From Stegostoma tigrinum (Eukaryota), in assembly GCF_030684315.1 (NCBI RefSeq), contig NC_081360.1:27635818-27699817 (forward strand): a DNA stretch of 64,000 nt. The letters run 5' to 3'. Shown here piece after piece: positions 39,350-51,310 of the stretch (position 1 is the first letter of the stretch; every line of letters starts with the position of its first letter). The position numbers and the translations under genes are program-made. The notes under the pieces were generated by a model, which did not search any database, had not been told where the DNA came from, and saw nothing but the letters and a program-made list of their open reading frames with translations.

Positions 39350-40690
39350 CGGGCATAGAGTTAGCACTGTACAGCACACGAAAGGGCTCTTCAGCGCATG
39401 ATATTATGCTGAACATGACACTAAATCAAACTGAACCCTTATCCCTGACCTTAATTAATATCCATGCATTTCTTGCATTTTCATGTGCTTATTTACAACT
39501 CTCCTTAACGGCTCTATTGTATCTGCCTCCACCACCACCCCTTCTGGCAGAGTTTCTCCATCTCCTTCTACTCTGTGTCCTAAAAAGCTTATCCCTCATA
39601 TCTCCTTTGAACTTCCCCCATCTCACCCTAAAGGAATGTTCCCTAGCTTCAGACATTTCACCTCTGGGATAAAGATTCGGACAGTCAACCTATCTATGCA
39701 TCTCATAATTTTACAGATTTCTATCAATTCTCCCCTCAGCCTCAGCCTCTCCAGATAAAACAACCCAAGCTTTTCTAGCTAACAAGGTGTAGATCTGGAT
39801 GAACACAGCAGGCCAAGCAGCATCTTAGGAGCAGGAAAGCTGACATTTCAAGCCTAGACCCTGAAGGGTTTCCTGCCCCTAAGATGCTGCTTGCCTGCTG
39901 CGTTCATCCAGCTCTATACCTTGTTGTCTCGGATTCTCCAGCATCTGCAGTTCCTATTATTTCTGATCCAAGTTTTTCTAGCCTCTCCTTATAACTCATA
40001 TCTTCTAATCCAGGCAGCATCCTGGTAAAACTTTTCTGCACCATCTCCAAAACCTCCACATTCTTCCTGTAATGCGGTGACCAGAATTGAACTCAAAACC
40101 CTAAGTGTGTCCTAACTGAAATCTTATAAAACATGACATTTTGATGGTTGTAATCAATTTGTCAGCCAATGCTTTATCATCTTTACCATCCTATCTACTT
40201 GCTGGCCACTTTCAGGGAGCTATGAACCTGAACCCTAATATCCCTCTGTAGATCAATCCTGTTCATATTCCCATCATTAACTGTATGATTTTCCTTAACT
40301 TTTGATCTCCCAAAGTGCAGCACCTCACGCTTACCTGGATTAAACTCCACCTGCCATTTCTTCACCCATATCTGCAACTGATCTATGTCCCAGTGTATTC
40401 TTTGGTTACCTCTAAACCATCCGCAACTGCAGTGATCTTTGTAACATCTGCAAAGATACTAACCCCCCGCCCCCACATCTACTTTGCTGCTAAGTCATTT
40501 ATATATATCGTAAGCAGCAGAGGTCACACTAGTCACAGACTTCAAGCCAGAAAAACATCCTTTCACAATGACCCTCTGCCTTGTTTGCACAAGCCAATTC
40601 TGAACCCACATAGCCAAGCCCAGTGGATCCCACACATCTTAATCTTCTGAGCCCACAAGAGGGACCTTGTCGAAAACCTTACTAAAATAT
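39350..40690 (-). mobile_element. CR1-type LINE fragment
   Basis: Minus ORF QIWVKKWQVEFNPGKREVLHFGRSK..QRDIRVQVHSSLKVA. Paralogous to 30905-32135 and 48610-49850 (same right-hand junction). Confidence 0.85.
39780..39967. mobile_element. Fold-back Penelope-terminus insert with 15-bp target duplication
   Basis: Inverted arms aacaaggtgtaga.ctggatgaac.cagcagg / cctgctgcgttcatccagctctataccttgtt. Flanks ccaagcttttctagc (39765-39779) and ccaagtttttctagc (39968-39982). Confidence 0.85.
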
Positions 40691-40699
40691 ATGGAGAGG

Positions 40700-41725
40700 T
40701 CCAAACTTCACTATGAAAACCTGCCTTTTGTGCTTGCCTTCACAGAGGATGACACAATAAATCTCCTTGAGATAAAGATCCAACAGTCTAGTGAGAGTGA
40801 GGAATGGAAAGAAATTAATGTTAGTAAAAAAGGAGTGTTGGAGAAATAGATGGGACTGAAAGTTGACAAATCCTGAGGTCTCCATGAACTTTGTCCTGAA
40901 ATGCTAAAAGAGACAGTGACAGAGGTAGTGCATACACTGGTGATCATCAATCATCAACACTGCCTGCAGAAAAGATCATTGAAACTGTAATCCCATTGTT
41001 TTGGAACAGAAGGAGAGAAAAACAGGGAATTATAGGCCTATTCATCTGACGTCACTAGGAGGGATGCAACTAGAATCCTTCAGAAGGGATGTGATTACTA
41101 ATAATTTTGAAAATAAAGTCTGACTGGACAGTCAACATAAATTCATGAGTGGGAAATCATGAATTATACATACTTGATTGAGTTTTTTAAAAATGTTGTA
41201 ATAAAATCAATAAGGGACCCAGTGGATCTGGCGTTTTTGTATTTTCAGAAGCCTATTAATAAGGTTCAGGAGGTTCATAAATAAAATTGAAGGCAATGGT
41301 AGTCAAGGTAACATGTCTACATAGGTTGAGGAATGGTTAACAGAGAGAATAGAAAGGCTGTGGATGATTGGGCTTCTCTGAATTGGTAGGCTGTGACCAA
41401 TGGAGTACTGCAGGGATCAGTGCTTCAGGCCTGGCTGTTCAAAATCTATTCCAGTGATTTTCTTGTTGCCACCAATATAATGTTTCCATTGTTGCAGATG
41501 ATGCACAATTTGGTGGGAGTGTGAACCGTGAGGAGGTGGCAAAGAGGCTTCAAAGTAAAATAGACTGAGTGATAGGACGTGGCTTCACATATTGATGATA
41601 ATGTGGCTAAGTGTGAGATTATTCACTTTGCTAGGAGGAACAAAGGTACTGAGTATTTATTAAAAGGTGAGACAGATTGGAAAGTATTAATGTTACAAAG
41701 GGACTTTGGTGTACTTGTTCAATAG
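40700..41725 (+). mobile_element. CR1-type LINE remnant (paralog of 32150-33275)
   Basis: Contains VTNGVLQGSVL and VADDAQFGG (decayed PQGSVL and FADD motifs). Confidence 0.75.
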
Positions 41726-43224
41726 TATGTCTGTGCTTTGGATGCTTTGACCAGTTAATGTATTAGAGATAAAATACTCAAACACTCCTATCAATGACAG
41801 AGATGGAATTTGGTTTGTGATTCAACTCCATTTTATTAAAAAACTCCTTACTGAAATATTTATACACAAATTTAAATGTAAAATTCCACCTGTATTTACT
41901 ATCTATCTAGCTCTTTCTGTTTGAGAAAGAATACTACTCACAACAGTCCACCCATTAGAGCTGGGCCATTAGAATCTCCTTATTCTCTGACATAGGGCTG
42001 AGTCTCTCCCATGATGGTGGATCTTGTAGGTCAGGGAAGATATTCTCCTGTCTCAAATTGGGTTGCCACACAGTCTTCTGCCACAAGTCTTGCTGTAGGT
42101 CTTTGGTGAGACGGTGGCTTTCAGCTTGTGTGTGTTTTTATTCCTGTCACCCTGGACATTCCAGAATGTTCCGTCACCTTTGGCAAATGAGCAGGATTCA
42201 AAGCATCCAATGTGGTCATGCCTGTGCGATGCCAGTGAGATGTGGATATCCTAAGGCACTGGTTGGAAGTCAAGGTATCCGAATTTCTGCTCAATAACTC
42301 TCCAATATACTCTCTTTGGGCTGGTTGTAACTAGGACCTGTTGAACTTTTGGAACCACTTTGACCTTGGTTTCCACTGTTCTTTGTAGCTGATAGATTCT
42401 GGCTGCTGTTTAACTTAGTTTGGCCAAATTTGCTGTCAGATTTGATCTCTCTGACTGTGGATCAATTTTGAATCTCCAACTCTGGGCTCATGGTTGCTTG
42501 AGCACATAAGTCACTGCAGCAAACTGATCAGATAACATGTAGCATTGTAGTATTTATTGCAAGACTGTTTGAATACGTGACCAAAGAAAGGTGCTCTCAT
42601 ATAAATTCACAAACTTCTGAAAGGAATTGTCAGTGGAGAAGCAGAGGGATGTTTCTTCTGGCTGCAACTGTCTAGAGCCATTGGACAGAACCTTCATAGA
42701 AAAGAGAAACCATTTAGGATTGAGATGAGGAAAACATTTTTATTTCAAGGATTATGATTTTTTGGAATTCTCTACCACAGAGGGCTGTGGAGGCTCAGTC
42801 TTTAAGTTCAAGACAGAAGCTGATAGATGTCTAGTTAGCAATAACATAAAGGGGTATGGGGATGATAATGGGAGAATGTAGTGTCCTGATAGGTGATTAG
42901 CCATGACCTCATTTGTCAGAGCAATCTCAAGTGGTTGAGTGTCATATTGACACAGTTATGTTCCATGGTCCTTTAAAAGGACTATTTGCAAAGTTACAGC
43001 TGTGATATATTCATTGAATGTATGTGAGCAATGAGTCAATTAAGGGTCCTTCAAGCCATGTTTAAGCATAAAAATATTATCATTTATTGTAATCACCAGT
43101 GTAATTATTATCCTGTATAATTGTATGATAATTAAAAAAAACAAACAAGTGGAACTGTAGAGAAAGGTTTTTATTATGTTCATAAATATATCAGCAAAAG
43201 TACATTATTCTTTTTAACTGTGAT

Positions 43225-46200
43225 TTAAAAATCCCTGATTCGCCTGAATGATCCAATAGTTGAACAGGTCGCTCCCCAGTCAGTGTATCTCCTGTATTCA
43301 CCGGGTCTCATGAAGTACTGCTGCCCTCTGTAGTTGGGATGTTCGTAGAAGATCCAGTAACCATCCATCACATGGCAGGAGTGGATGTCATGGTAACAGA
43401 AACGATCGTAGACAGATGGACAGTCGTCCATGAATTCCATCATCTGTCCTCCAAAGTCAGGCCTCTCGTAAATCCTCATTCTGTAGGACCCTCCTCGGTA
43501 CTGCAATACAGAGAGAAGGAACTAACACAGCAGGTCAAGAAGCTGTTTGCATATGCAACCCAGCAAGACCCATTCCTACAAACGGCCTTCAGATCTCGCA
43601 ATTTTTTTTACACTTTGACATGTTGAAACAATTTCTCTATAAAGTCAACAATTGTATCAGTATCGATCAGGTTTTCTAAATCTAAAAAAGGAGTTAAAGA
43701 TTGATAAATTTTGGGGTTGCATTATTACACTGCGCTAAATTGAGGAGTGAAGGGAGGTTAAGTTTAAATATTGGTAGCAAACATGGGTGTCTTGATTATT
43801 CAGCATTCACGGGTTCCCGGGGCGAAAGTTCATAGGTGCTTTGTCCACATTGGGAGACAATGGTGGGAACATGTCTCTTTTGATGGTCGATCGACAGCTA
43901 ATTTCCAAAAACACAGGCAGATACTGTAAAAACTACAGTTTTACAAGTATTATAACTGAAATGCCCATATAGTTTTACACTAGAAGAGAATTTTGGACCT
44001 AATGTGTAGTTAATTAGCATTTCTGCTTGGCCTCAAGACCAATGGGATTGCACTGCCATGGGATTTGAGAAGGGAAACGAATAGGATTCCATTGTGAAAA
44101 GTCAGGTTGTTAGCTTTCAAAAGATATCCCCAGTACTCAGAGAGATGTCAGTCTGCCAATATGTCATAAAGGGAGAAAGACAGAGAGAGAGAGAGAAGCA
44201 AAATTCAGCTAGTCTCCATGGTTCATCACATAAGAATCTGAATTGAACAAAAACAAAGTCGCTGGAATAGCTCAGCAGGTCTGGCAGCATCCGTGGAGGA
44301 GAAAACAGAGCTAGCGTTTCCTCAAACCTGAATTCCTGATTTATAGCATCCACAGTTCTTTTGGTTCTTATTTAGAATGTGCATGGAACCTCAGTCTCAA
44401 ATAGAAAATATGAAATTGTTGAGGTTTGAGAGTGAGGCTGGACGATTCACAGAGACTGTGTGAGAAGCCAAAGCTCCAGCCGAAACATCAACCAAGATAA
44501 TAAAGTGTGAAGCTGGATGAACACAGCAGGCCAAGCAGCATCTCAGGAGCACAAAAGCTGATGTTTTGGGCCTAGACCCTTCATCAGAAAAGGGGGATGC
44601 GGAGAGGATTCTGAAATAAATAGGGAGAGAGGGGGAGGCGTACTAGAGATAGATAGAGGAGAAGATAGGTGCAGAGGAGAGAGATAATGGGAACTGCAGA
44701 TGCTGGAGAATCCAAGATAATAAAGTGTGAAGCTGGATGAACACAGCAGGCCAAGCAGCATTTCAGGAGCACAAAAGCTGACGTTTCGGGCCTGAGAGTA
44801 TGGATGGGGCGGTAGGGAGCGGATAGGTCAGTCCGGGGAGGATGGACAGGTCAAGTGGGCGGGATGTGGTTGGTAGGTAGGAAATGGAGGTGTGGCTTGA
44901 GGTGGGAGGAGGGGATAGGTGAGACGAAGAACAGGTTATGGAGGTGGGGACGAGCTGGGCTGGTTTTGGGATGCAGTGGGGGAAGGGGAGATTTTGAAGC
45001 TTGTGAAGTCCACATTGATACCATTAGGCTGCAGGGTTCCCAAGCAGAATATGAGTTGCTGTTCCTGCAACCTTCGGGTGGCATCATTGTGGCACTGCAG
45101 GAGGCCCATGATGGACATGTCGTCTGAGGAAAGGGAGGGGGGAGAGTTTTGGGGTTAAATCGTTTCACAGACACCAATCACTTTTTCTTTTGAAAAAAAT
45201 TGAAAAAACATTCAGTGATCAACTGAAAAGATGACATCACATTCACATTAAGATTCTCACGGTGACATGCAAACCATGAGAAGCAAAATAGACGAAATAT
45301 TACTTCTTGGGCAACTTATACTTTAAATTAAAGAAGAGAACTTTCCCCAGTTAGTTTTTGATCACAACCGCTCGCCTTTCGCTGCGGTTCTACATTCCCT
45401 GTATCTTCTGTGCACATAGTATTCTCCGTGAGCCAGTCCGAAGTGGCTCTCCACCACAGGTAGCATTTTAATCCCCAAATCCCTCTGGAATTGACCCTTC
45501 AGGCATTTGAAATAGTTTGTCTTTATTTACTTTGTACAGCCTTCATAACTTTAAAGAGCTGCATCATATCCCATTCACTCCTTCCGGCACTAGAGACGAA
45601 TCCCTGAGCTTTATCAGTTTACCCATGTAACTGTAATCCGTCAGCCGTGGGACCTCACGAGTGAATCTCTCCCCTACCTTTCAAAGCTTTTACATATTCC
45701 TATCTGTGTAGTGCAGAGCTGGATGATATCAGTTGGGATTGAATTGGTGTTTACAAAAATTAGCGTAAATTTTGCATCCAAATATTATTAGCAGAGTGGA
45801 ACCTATATTGCAAAGAAGAATAAAATTTCCATCAGAAATACACAATTAGATCAACTCACGCGAGGGTAGGAGCGACATGACATGATGTAGTCATTGAATC
45901 CCATCCAGTGCTGATAGTCAGGATATTCTCCCCGGGTCAGAACATACTGGTATCCCATGTAATTGGATTTCTCATAACAGCACCCACCAGTCACTCTCAA
46001 CACGGATGGAGTTACAGCGGCTGAAGTAACGGGACAGGTCGGCACTGTCACTGCTGCACTCATAGTGCCGACCCTGGAAGTTCCGGTCTTCGTAAAAAGT
46101 GATCTGTCGGAAACAGTTATGTTATAGATTAATACTTTAACAAGATGAGGTACTTCTGCATTGTATGGAAAGTTAGTGTAAGTGATCTCTTTCAATGCTG

Positions 46201-46243
46201 TATTGATTCTGTAAACTGAAAGCATGAAGCTCACCTTTCCCAT
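43225..46243 (-). pseudogene. cryg: Gamma-crystallin pseudogene (gene 5)
   Basis: Exons 46243-46235, 46103-45860 (244 bp instead of 243) and 43500-43225. An extra base at 45976-45977 gives GTG CTG TTA TGA, a stop after 46 codons. The TATA box reads TGTAAATA (46302-46295). Private substitutions at conserved sites (DSA, SRY, NDYIM, RFCYH, RGQQ). Confidence 0.85.
44493..45140 (-). mobile_element. Penelope-like 3' fragment with tandemly repeated terminus, in intron 2 of gene 5
   Basis: Minus [44 protein letters not shown] (GIY-YIG C-terminus). The terminal segment is repeated at ~44493-44573 and ~44712-44793. Insertion is independent of that in genes 1-3. Confidence 0.85.
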
Positions 46244-47359
46244 TTTAGGTTCACAGTTGGAAAGCTGCTCACTGAATGTTCCTCTGTTTCCGGGTATTTA
46301 CACAGTTGTCTGAAAGTTCAATGTAAAGGATACACCATTATTCTGATGATTCACGACCACATATATCAGCAGAAAAAATACAATAATGCAAAAAAAAGTT
46401 CTCCCATAATGTGCAAAAACTACTCCAATATACGCGCTTTAAAAATCATGTGATTGCATTTTTTTCATTTTGCTTTTTCCTCGTTTTAACTGTACGGTTA
46501 ACAAATTATTCGAGAAAAGAAGCATTACTGACTCTTCTCAGAGCTAATAGTATCACAATCAATTAAAATGCAGAATGTTCTCTTCTGAATGTGAAAATTG
46601 AGTTTCAGGTTTTTGTGTTTTTTCCCCCTGTGTGATTTGCGTAAACATCACTGAATGGACATGGAAATTGGTCATATAACAAGCGTATCACCCTATATCA
46701 GTGTGTTGTCTATAATGGCGGTTTAGTCTTCTGTTAGTCCTCTCAATGCTTTCCCGCTGCTGTGTGCAGGGTTGTTTTAATCTCATCGTCATCATTCTCA
46801 ATCTGAAATATTTAGAGATGTGGAACAGGATTTATTTTGGTGTTATTTTCGTCCAATTTGATGAGGGTCAGAGGTTGCATTCATACTATGAATTGAAGGA
46901 TGGGAACATTCAACTTTCTCATTGGGAGTACCTACACCACATTGGACGATAATGGTTCAAGAATCTGGCTCACTACCATCTTTTCAAACACATTGGGCGT
47001 GGGTAAGAAATATTGTTGTGGCCTGTGATACCCACATCATGTGAAAAAGTAAATATTAAAGTGAAATAAAGTTAAGAAAAGGGAAAATTACAAAAAAAAT
47101 CTTACTACCAGTCCTTGAAGCCAAGGAGTGCCAAAAGCAGTTATATTCTTCCATGAGTGAGACTGGAGAAAGAGGTAATTATTCAAAGAACCCAATGGGC
47201 TGTCCTGATGAAGGGACCAGGCCCGAAATGTCGACTTTCCTGTTCGCCTAGTGCTACCTGACCTGCTGAGTTCTTCCCACACCACACTGTATTGACTCTG
47301 ACTCCAGCATCTGCTATTTTTGCTATCTTCTAAAGATGAAATAGAATGCCTTACCCACA

Positions 47360-48450
47360 AGGGCAGACAGAAGCAGGTTGGCTTCACCTTTCACTGACAG
47401 TAGCCTGAAAGTCCTGGTAAATGAAATAGTGAAGCAAGTTGTTCCTATGCAACCAGCAGAGCAGACAATGCCAACAGACCTTCCAGCCTGGTCCAAAGTT
47501 CCCATCAGTTTCACTGAAGTGTTGATAGTTCAGAAGAATGCCCAGAATTGCAGCAAGAAGTTCAATTACCTACTCCACTTTGCAAGGACATGTGCCAATA
47601 CCTCACACTCACTCTAGCTCTGGTACTGCGCACATCTCTTACCAACACTCATGGTCTGTCTATCAAACCATGTCTTTCATCATTGCTGTCACCCACCCAA
47701 ACCCTGACAACATTACCTCTGCATGCATTGTTTTCTCTGCAGAACATCCTCATCATTGCGATACAGCATTTCTCATGGATTCCCATAATCCAGCCCAAAG
47801 TGATGGTGGAGATGCCAGTTCCTCAGCAGAATAAGTCTGAAGAACAAGTGACATCCTCTGTCTGGACAGGCTCAGTGTGCAGCCCAGGCATTACTCACAT
47901 GGAAAGCTGATATGGACGGGCCATCCCATTGCCTTGCCTGGCCCAGTGGAAGATGGTGTTGCATTGAAAAAAACAGGACAGTACAATATCGTGTTCTGAC
48001 AGCCACCTCCAGACAGTGAGTCGCAGCAGTGTCCCTCTCTCATCTGCATGGCATTTCATGGAAGATATGTGACTGTCTCTCCCCTGTATCTTCACTGCAT
48101 CATGACAGCACCCACGGCAGGAAGCTTCGCAGTATGGGATGCCACCAAATCCACTGCAGGCTGCCCTTGCGGTCACTTGTCTTCCTCACTCATTTGTTCA
48201 ACAGCTCTTGGTCCAGCAGACACACAAATGAGCACCAGTCAGTGTTGGGACGCAGGGGATGGTTCCAATGAGCGCAGGTGGGAAATTTTAGGAACAAAGC
48301 AGCTCTTTAGACATGGCCATTGCAGCCACTCTCAAATTTCATTTGAACAGCTTTGACCTAACATTGTGACATGGAGACCCCCAGCAAGCAGGCCAGTCAG
48401 CTGCCTCGACATGGACCTTCCCAGTGTTGCCCTGATTCAGCTGTCTGTTA
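47360..48450 (+). mobile_element. PIF/Harbinger-like remnant, Myb/SANT-like ORF
   Basis: ORF 47378..47617 SPFTDSSLKVLVNEI..PAWSKV..KNAQNCSKKFNYLLHFAR. Confidence 0.65.
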
Positions 48451-48609
48451 CTTAAATCTTTCCATGTATCACTGGGACCGAGAGGCTGAGTTGATGACTC
48501 TCTCTATGAAGTACGACTGTATTTCTCCTTCCATTCCCAATCAGAGCCAGCTTCCTTCCTTTGTGTTTTTGCTAAATAACAAGGCAATACAGAAGACATA
48601 GATGAGAAC

Positions 48610-49850
48610 ATAAAGATGGACATAGATATGCACATCACACAATCAGGTCCTTTAGCCCACAATATTATGCTGGACATGACACCAAATTAAACAAAACCCT
48701 TGTGCCTGCCCTTGGTGCATATCCCTGCATTCCTTGCATATACACGTGCTGATCTAAAACTCTCCTAAATGGCCTTATTTTGTCTGCCTCCACATTTGGC
48801 AGAGCATTCCAGACTCCTCATGGTCTAAAAGACCATCCCTTATATCTCCTTTGAACCTTCCCCCTCACACCTTAAAGGCATACCCCCCAATTTTGGACAT
48901 ATCAACTCTGTGATAAAGATTCTGTGCATCTCATAAATTTATGGACCTCTATCAAGGCTCCCCTCAGCCTCCGCCTTTCCACAGCAAACAACCCAAGTTT
49001 TTGTGATGAGGCCTCACTGGACCCGAAATATTAACTCTGATCTTTTCTTCACGGAAGCTGCCCGACCAGCTGAACTTTTCCAACAACTTCTGTTTCCGTT
49101 CCAAATTTTTCTAGCCTCTCCTTACAGCTCATATCAGCTAATCAAGGCAGCATCCTGGTAAACCTTTTCTGCACCCTCTGCAACACCTTGACATCCTTCC
49201 TATAATGTAGTGACCAGAACTGAACACCATACTCTAAGTGAGGCCTAACCAAACTCTTATAAAGTGTGACATCCTGACTGTTATATTCAATTTGCCAACC
49301 AATAAAGGAAAGCATTCCATACACCTTCTTTACTACAATATCTACTTGCTTGGCCAGTTTCAGGGAGCTATGGACTTGAACCCCAAGATCTCTCTGTAGT
49401 TCAATGTTATTCCGGTTCCTATCATTAATTGTATACTTTTCCTTAACATTTGATTTCTCAAATTACAGCACCTCACACTAATTGGGATTAAACTCCATAT
49501 GCCATTTCTTTGCCCATATCTGCAACTGATCTGTATCCTGTTGCATCCTTTGATTTCATTCTGCACTATCCTCAACTCCACTGATCTTTCTGTCATCTGT
49601 AAATGTACTTACCCACTCATCTACATTTTCATACAAGTCACGTACATGTATGGGATCCTGTACAGATACCTGCTGAACGCCTCCAGTCACAGTCCTACAA
49701 CCTGTGAAACACCTTTTCGCAACCACCATCTGCCTTCCATGGACAAGCCAATTCTGAATCCATGCAGCTTAGTCAACACGGATCTCATGCGTCTCAGTAT
49801 TCTGGACGAGCCTACCATGAGGCACCATGTTGAAAGCCTTAATAAAGTCT
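48610..49850 (-). mobile_element. CR1-type LINE fragment
   Basis: ORF 49142..49324 YGMLSFIG..LYKSLVRPHLEYGVQFWS..LQRVQKRFTRMLP, a classic CR1 ORF2 motif. Confidence 0.9.
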
Positions 49851-49869
49851 ATGGAGAAGTTTATTGTTC

Positions 49870-50350
49870 ACAATGAAATTCTGACTTTTGTGCTTGCCTT
49901 AACAGAGGAGAATGCAATAAATCTCCCTGAGATAAAATCCAAAGGTCTAGTGACAATGTGGAATGGAAAAAAATTAATGTTTGTTAAAAAAAGGAGTGTT
50001 AGTGAAATTGATGGGACTGTACGTTGACAAATCCCCAGGACTGCATGACTTTTACCCTGGAATGCTAAAAGAGATGGTGACAGAGGTAGTGCATAAATTG
50101 GTGATCATCAATCATTAACACTGCCTGCAGAACAGATCATTACAACTGTAATCCCATTGTTTCAGAGCAGAAGGAGAGAAAAAACAGGGAACTTTAGCCT
50201 ATTTATCTGACATCACTGGTAAGGAACCTCCTGAAATCCTTCACCAAAGGTGTGATTATTGGAGGGACAGGTACAGCATATTTCTAAAAAGTTGAGAGAG
50301 AGATTGGAAAGTTTTGATGTGCAAGGGCCTTTGGTGTCCTTATTCATAAG
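49870..50350 (+). mobile_element. CR1-type LINE remnant (internally deleted paralog of 40700-41725)
   Basis: Aligns with 32150-32550 and 40700-41100, then jumps to the 3' part. Confidence 0.65.
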
Positions 50351-50472
50351 TATGTCCATGCTTTGGATATTTTGACCAGTTTATGTGTTATAAACAATTT
50401 ACCCAAACACTCCAATCAGTGATGGAGATAGAATCTGGTTTGTGATTCAATTCCATTTTATTAACAAATATT

Positions 50473-51310
50473 TAAAGGTTTTGCTTAGATTTGTAGCTCG
50501 GGTTGTGGATGAGGTTGTAGACTTGCTCACCCTAGCCAGTGTGTTTGGTTGCCTTGCTCGGTAACATCGACAGTGCGCCTCGATGAAGCATTGGTTTTCT
50601 GCCCCGCTTGCTTTTTGTATGCCTCGGCTTGCTGGGGTAGTTGGTATTACTTCCAGTTCTGTTTTTCAGTGGTTTGTACATCGGGCCCAGTTCAATGTGT
50701 TTGTTGATGGAGTTCAGTTGAAATGCCAGACCTCCAGGATTTCCCTAGCATATCTCTGTTTGGCTTGTGCTATTCTGAATGCGTTGCCTGAGTTGAATTC
50801 ATGTCCATTTTGTTCAAGTGCATTGAGACCATTGATAATTGCTCATGTCTCTTGGTGGCTAGTTAGTATTCGTGTATCCTTATTGTCAGTTTTCTTCCAC
50901 TTTGACTGAGGTAATGTTTTTCACAGTCCTTGTATGGTATTTTGTATATTGCATTCGTTTTATTGGTTGTGGGTATGGGGTTCTTTATGTTTGTCAGTAG
51001 TGGTGGCAGGGTGGTTGTTGGTTTGTGGGCTACTCTGATACCTGGGTCTGAGTAGTCTTGTGGTCATCTCTGATGTGTCCCTGATGTACTCAAGGGTGAT
51101 GAGTAACCTCTGCGACAGACCATGACAAAAAGTCACAACTTGGCCAGACCCACTAGTTACTCGCCACCCCAGCAAACCAAAGCATATAAATAACAAACGG
51201 CGCAGAACACCAGTGCTTTACCAGAGGCTCATTGACAATGTGACCGAGCAGGGTAATGAAACATCTGCAAACAAACACATCAGCTTGGTGAGCAGGTCTA
51301 CAATCTCATC
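50473..51310 (-). mobile_element. Second Penelope family (Poseidon-like) with inverted terminal repeats and 10-bp target duplication
   Basis: Minus-strand remnant KLTIRIHE.LATKRHEQLS..AQAKQRYAREILEVWH..SINKHIEL.PMYKPL (GIY-YIG C-terminus). Ends 50500-50620 and 51180-51310 are inverted. Flanks aacaaatatt (50463-50472) and aacatatatt (51311-51320). Empty site in paralogs at ~33385 and ~41838. Confidence 0.8.

Noticed and set aside
45972-45974. In-frame TGA in gene 5 as selenocysteine or readthrough
   Set aside because: It arises from a +1 frameshift, so readthrough would continue out of frame; no SECIS evident.
47378-47617. Domesticated Myb/SANT (MSANTD/NAIF1-like) host gene
   Set aside because: Paralogous copies are frameshifted or deleted and there is no intact downstream exon; better read as a transposon relic.
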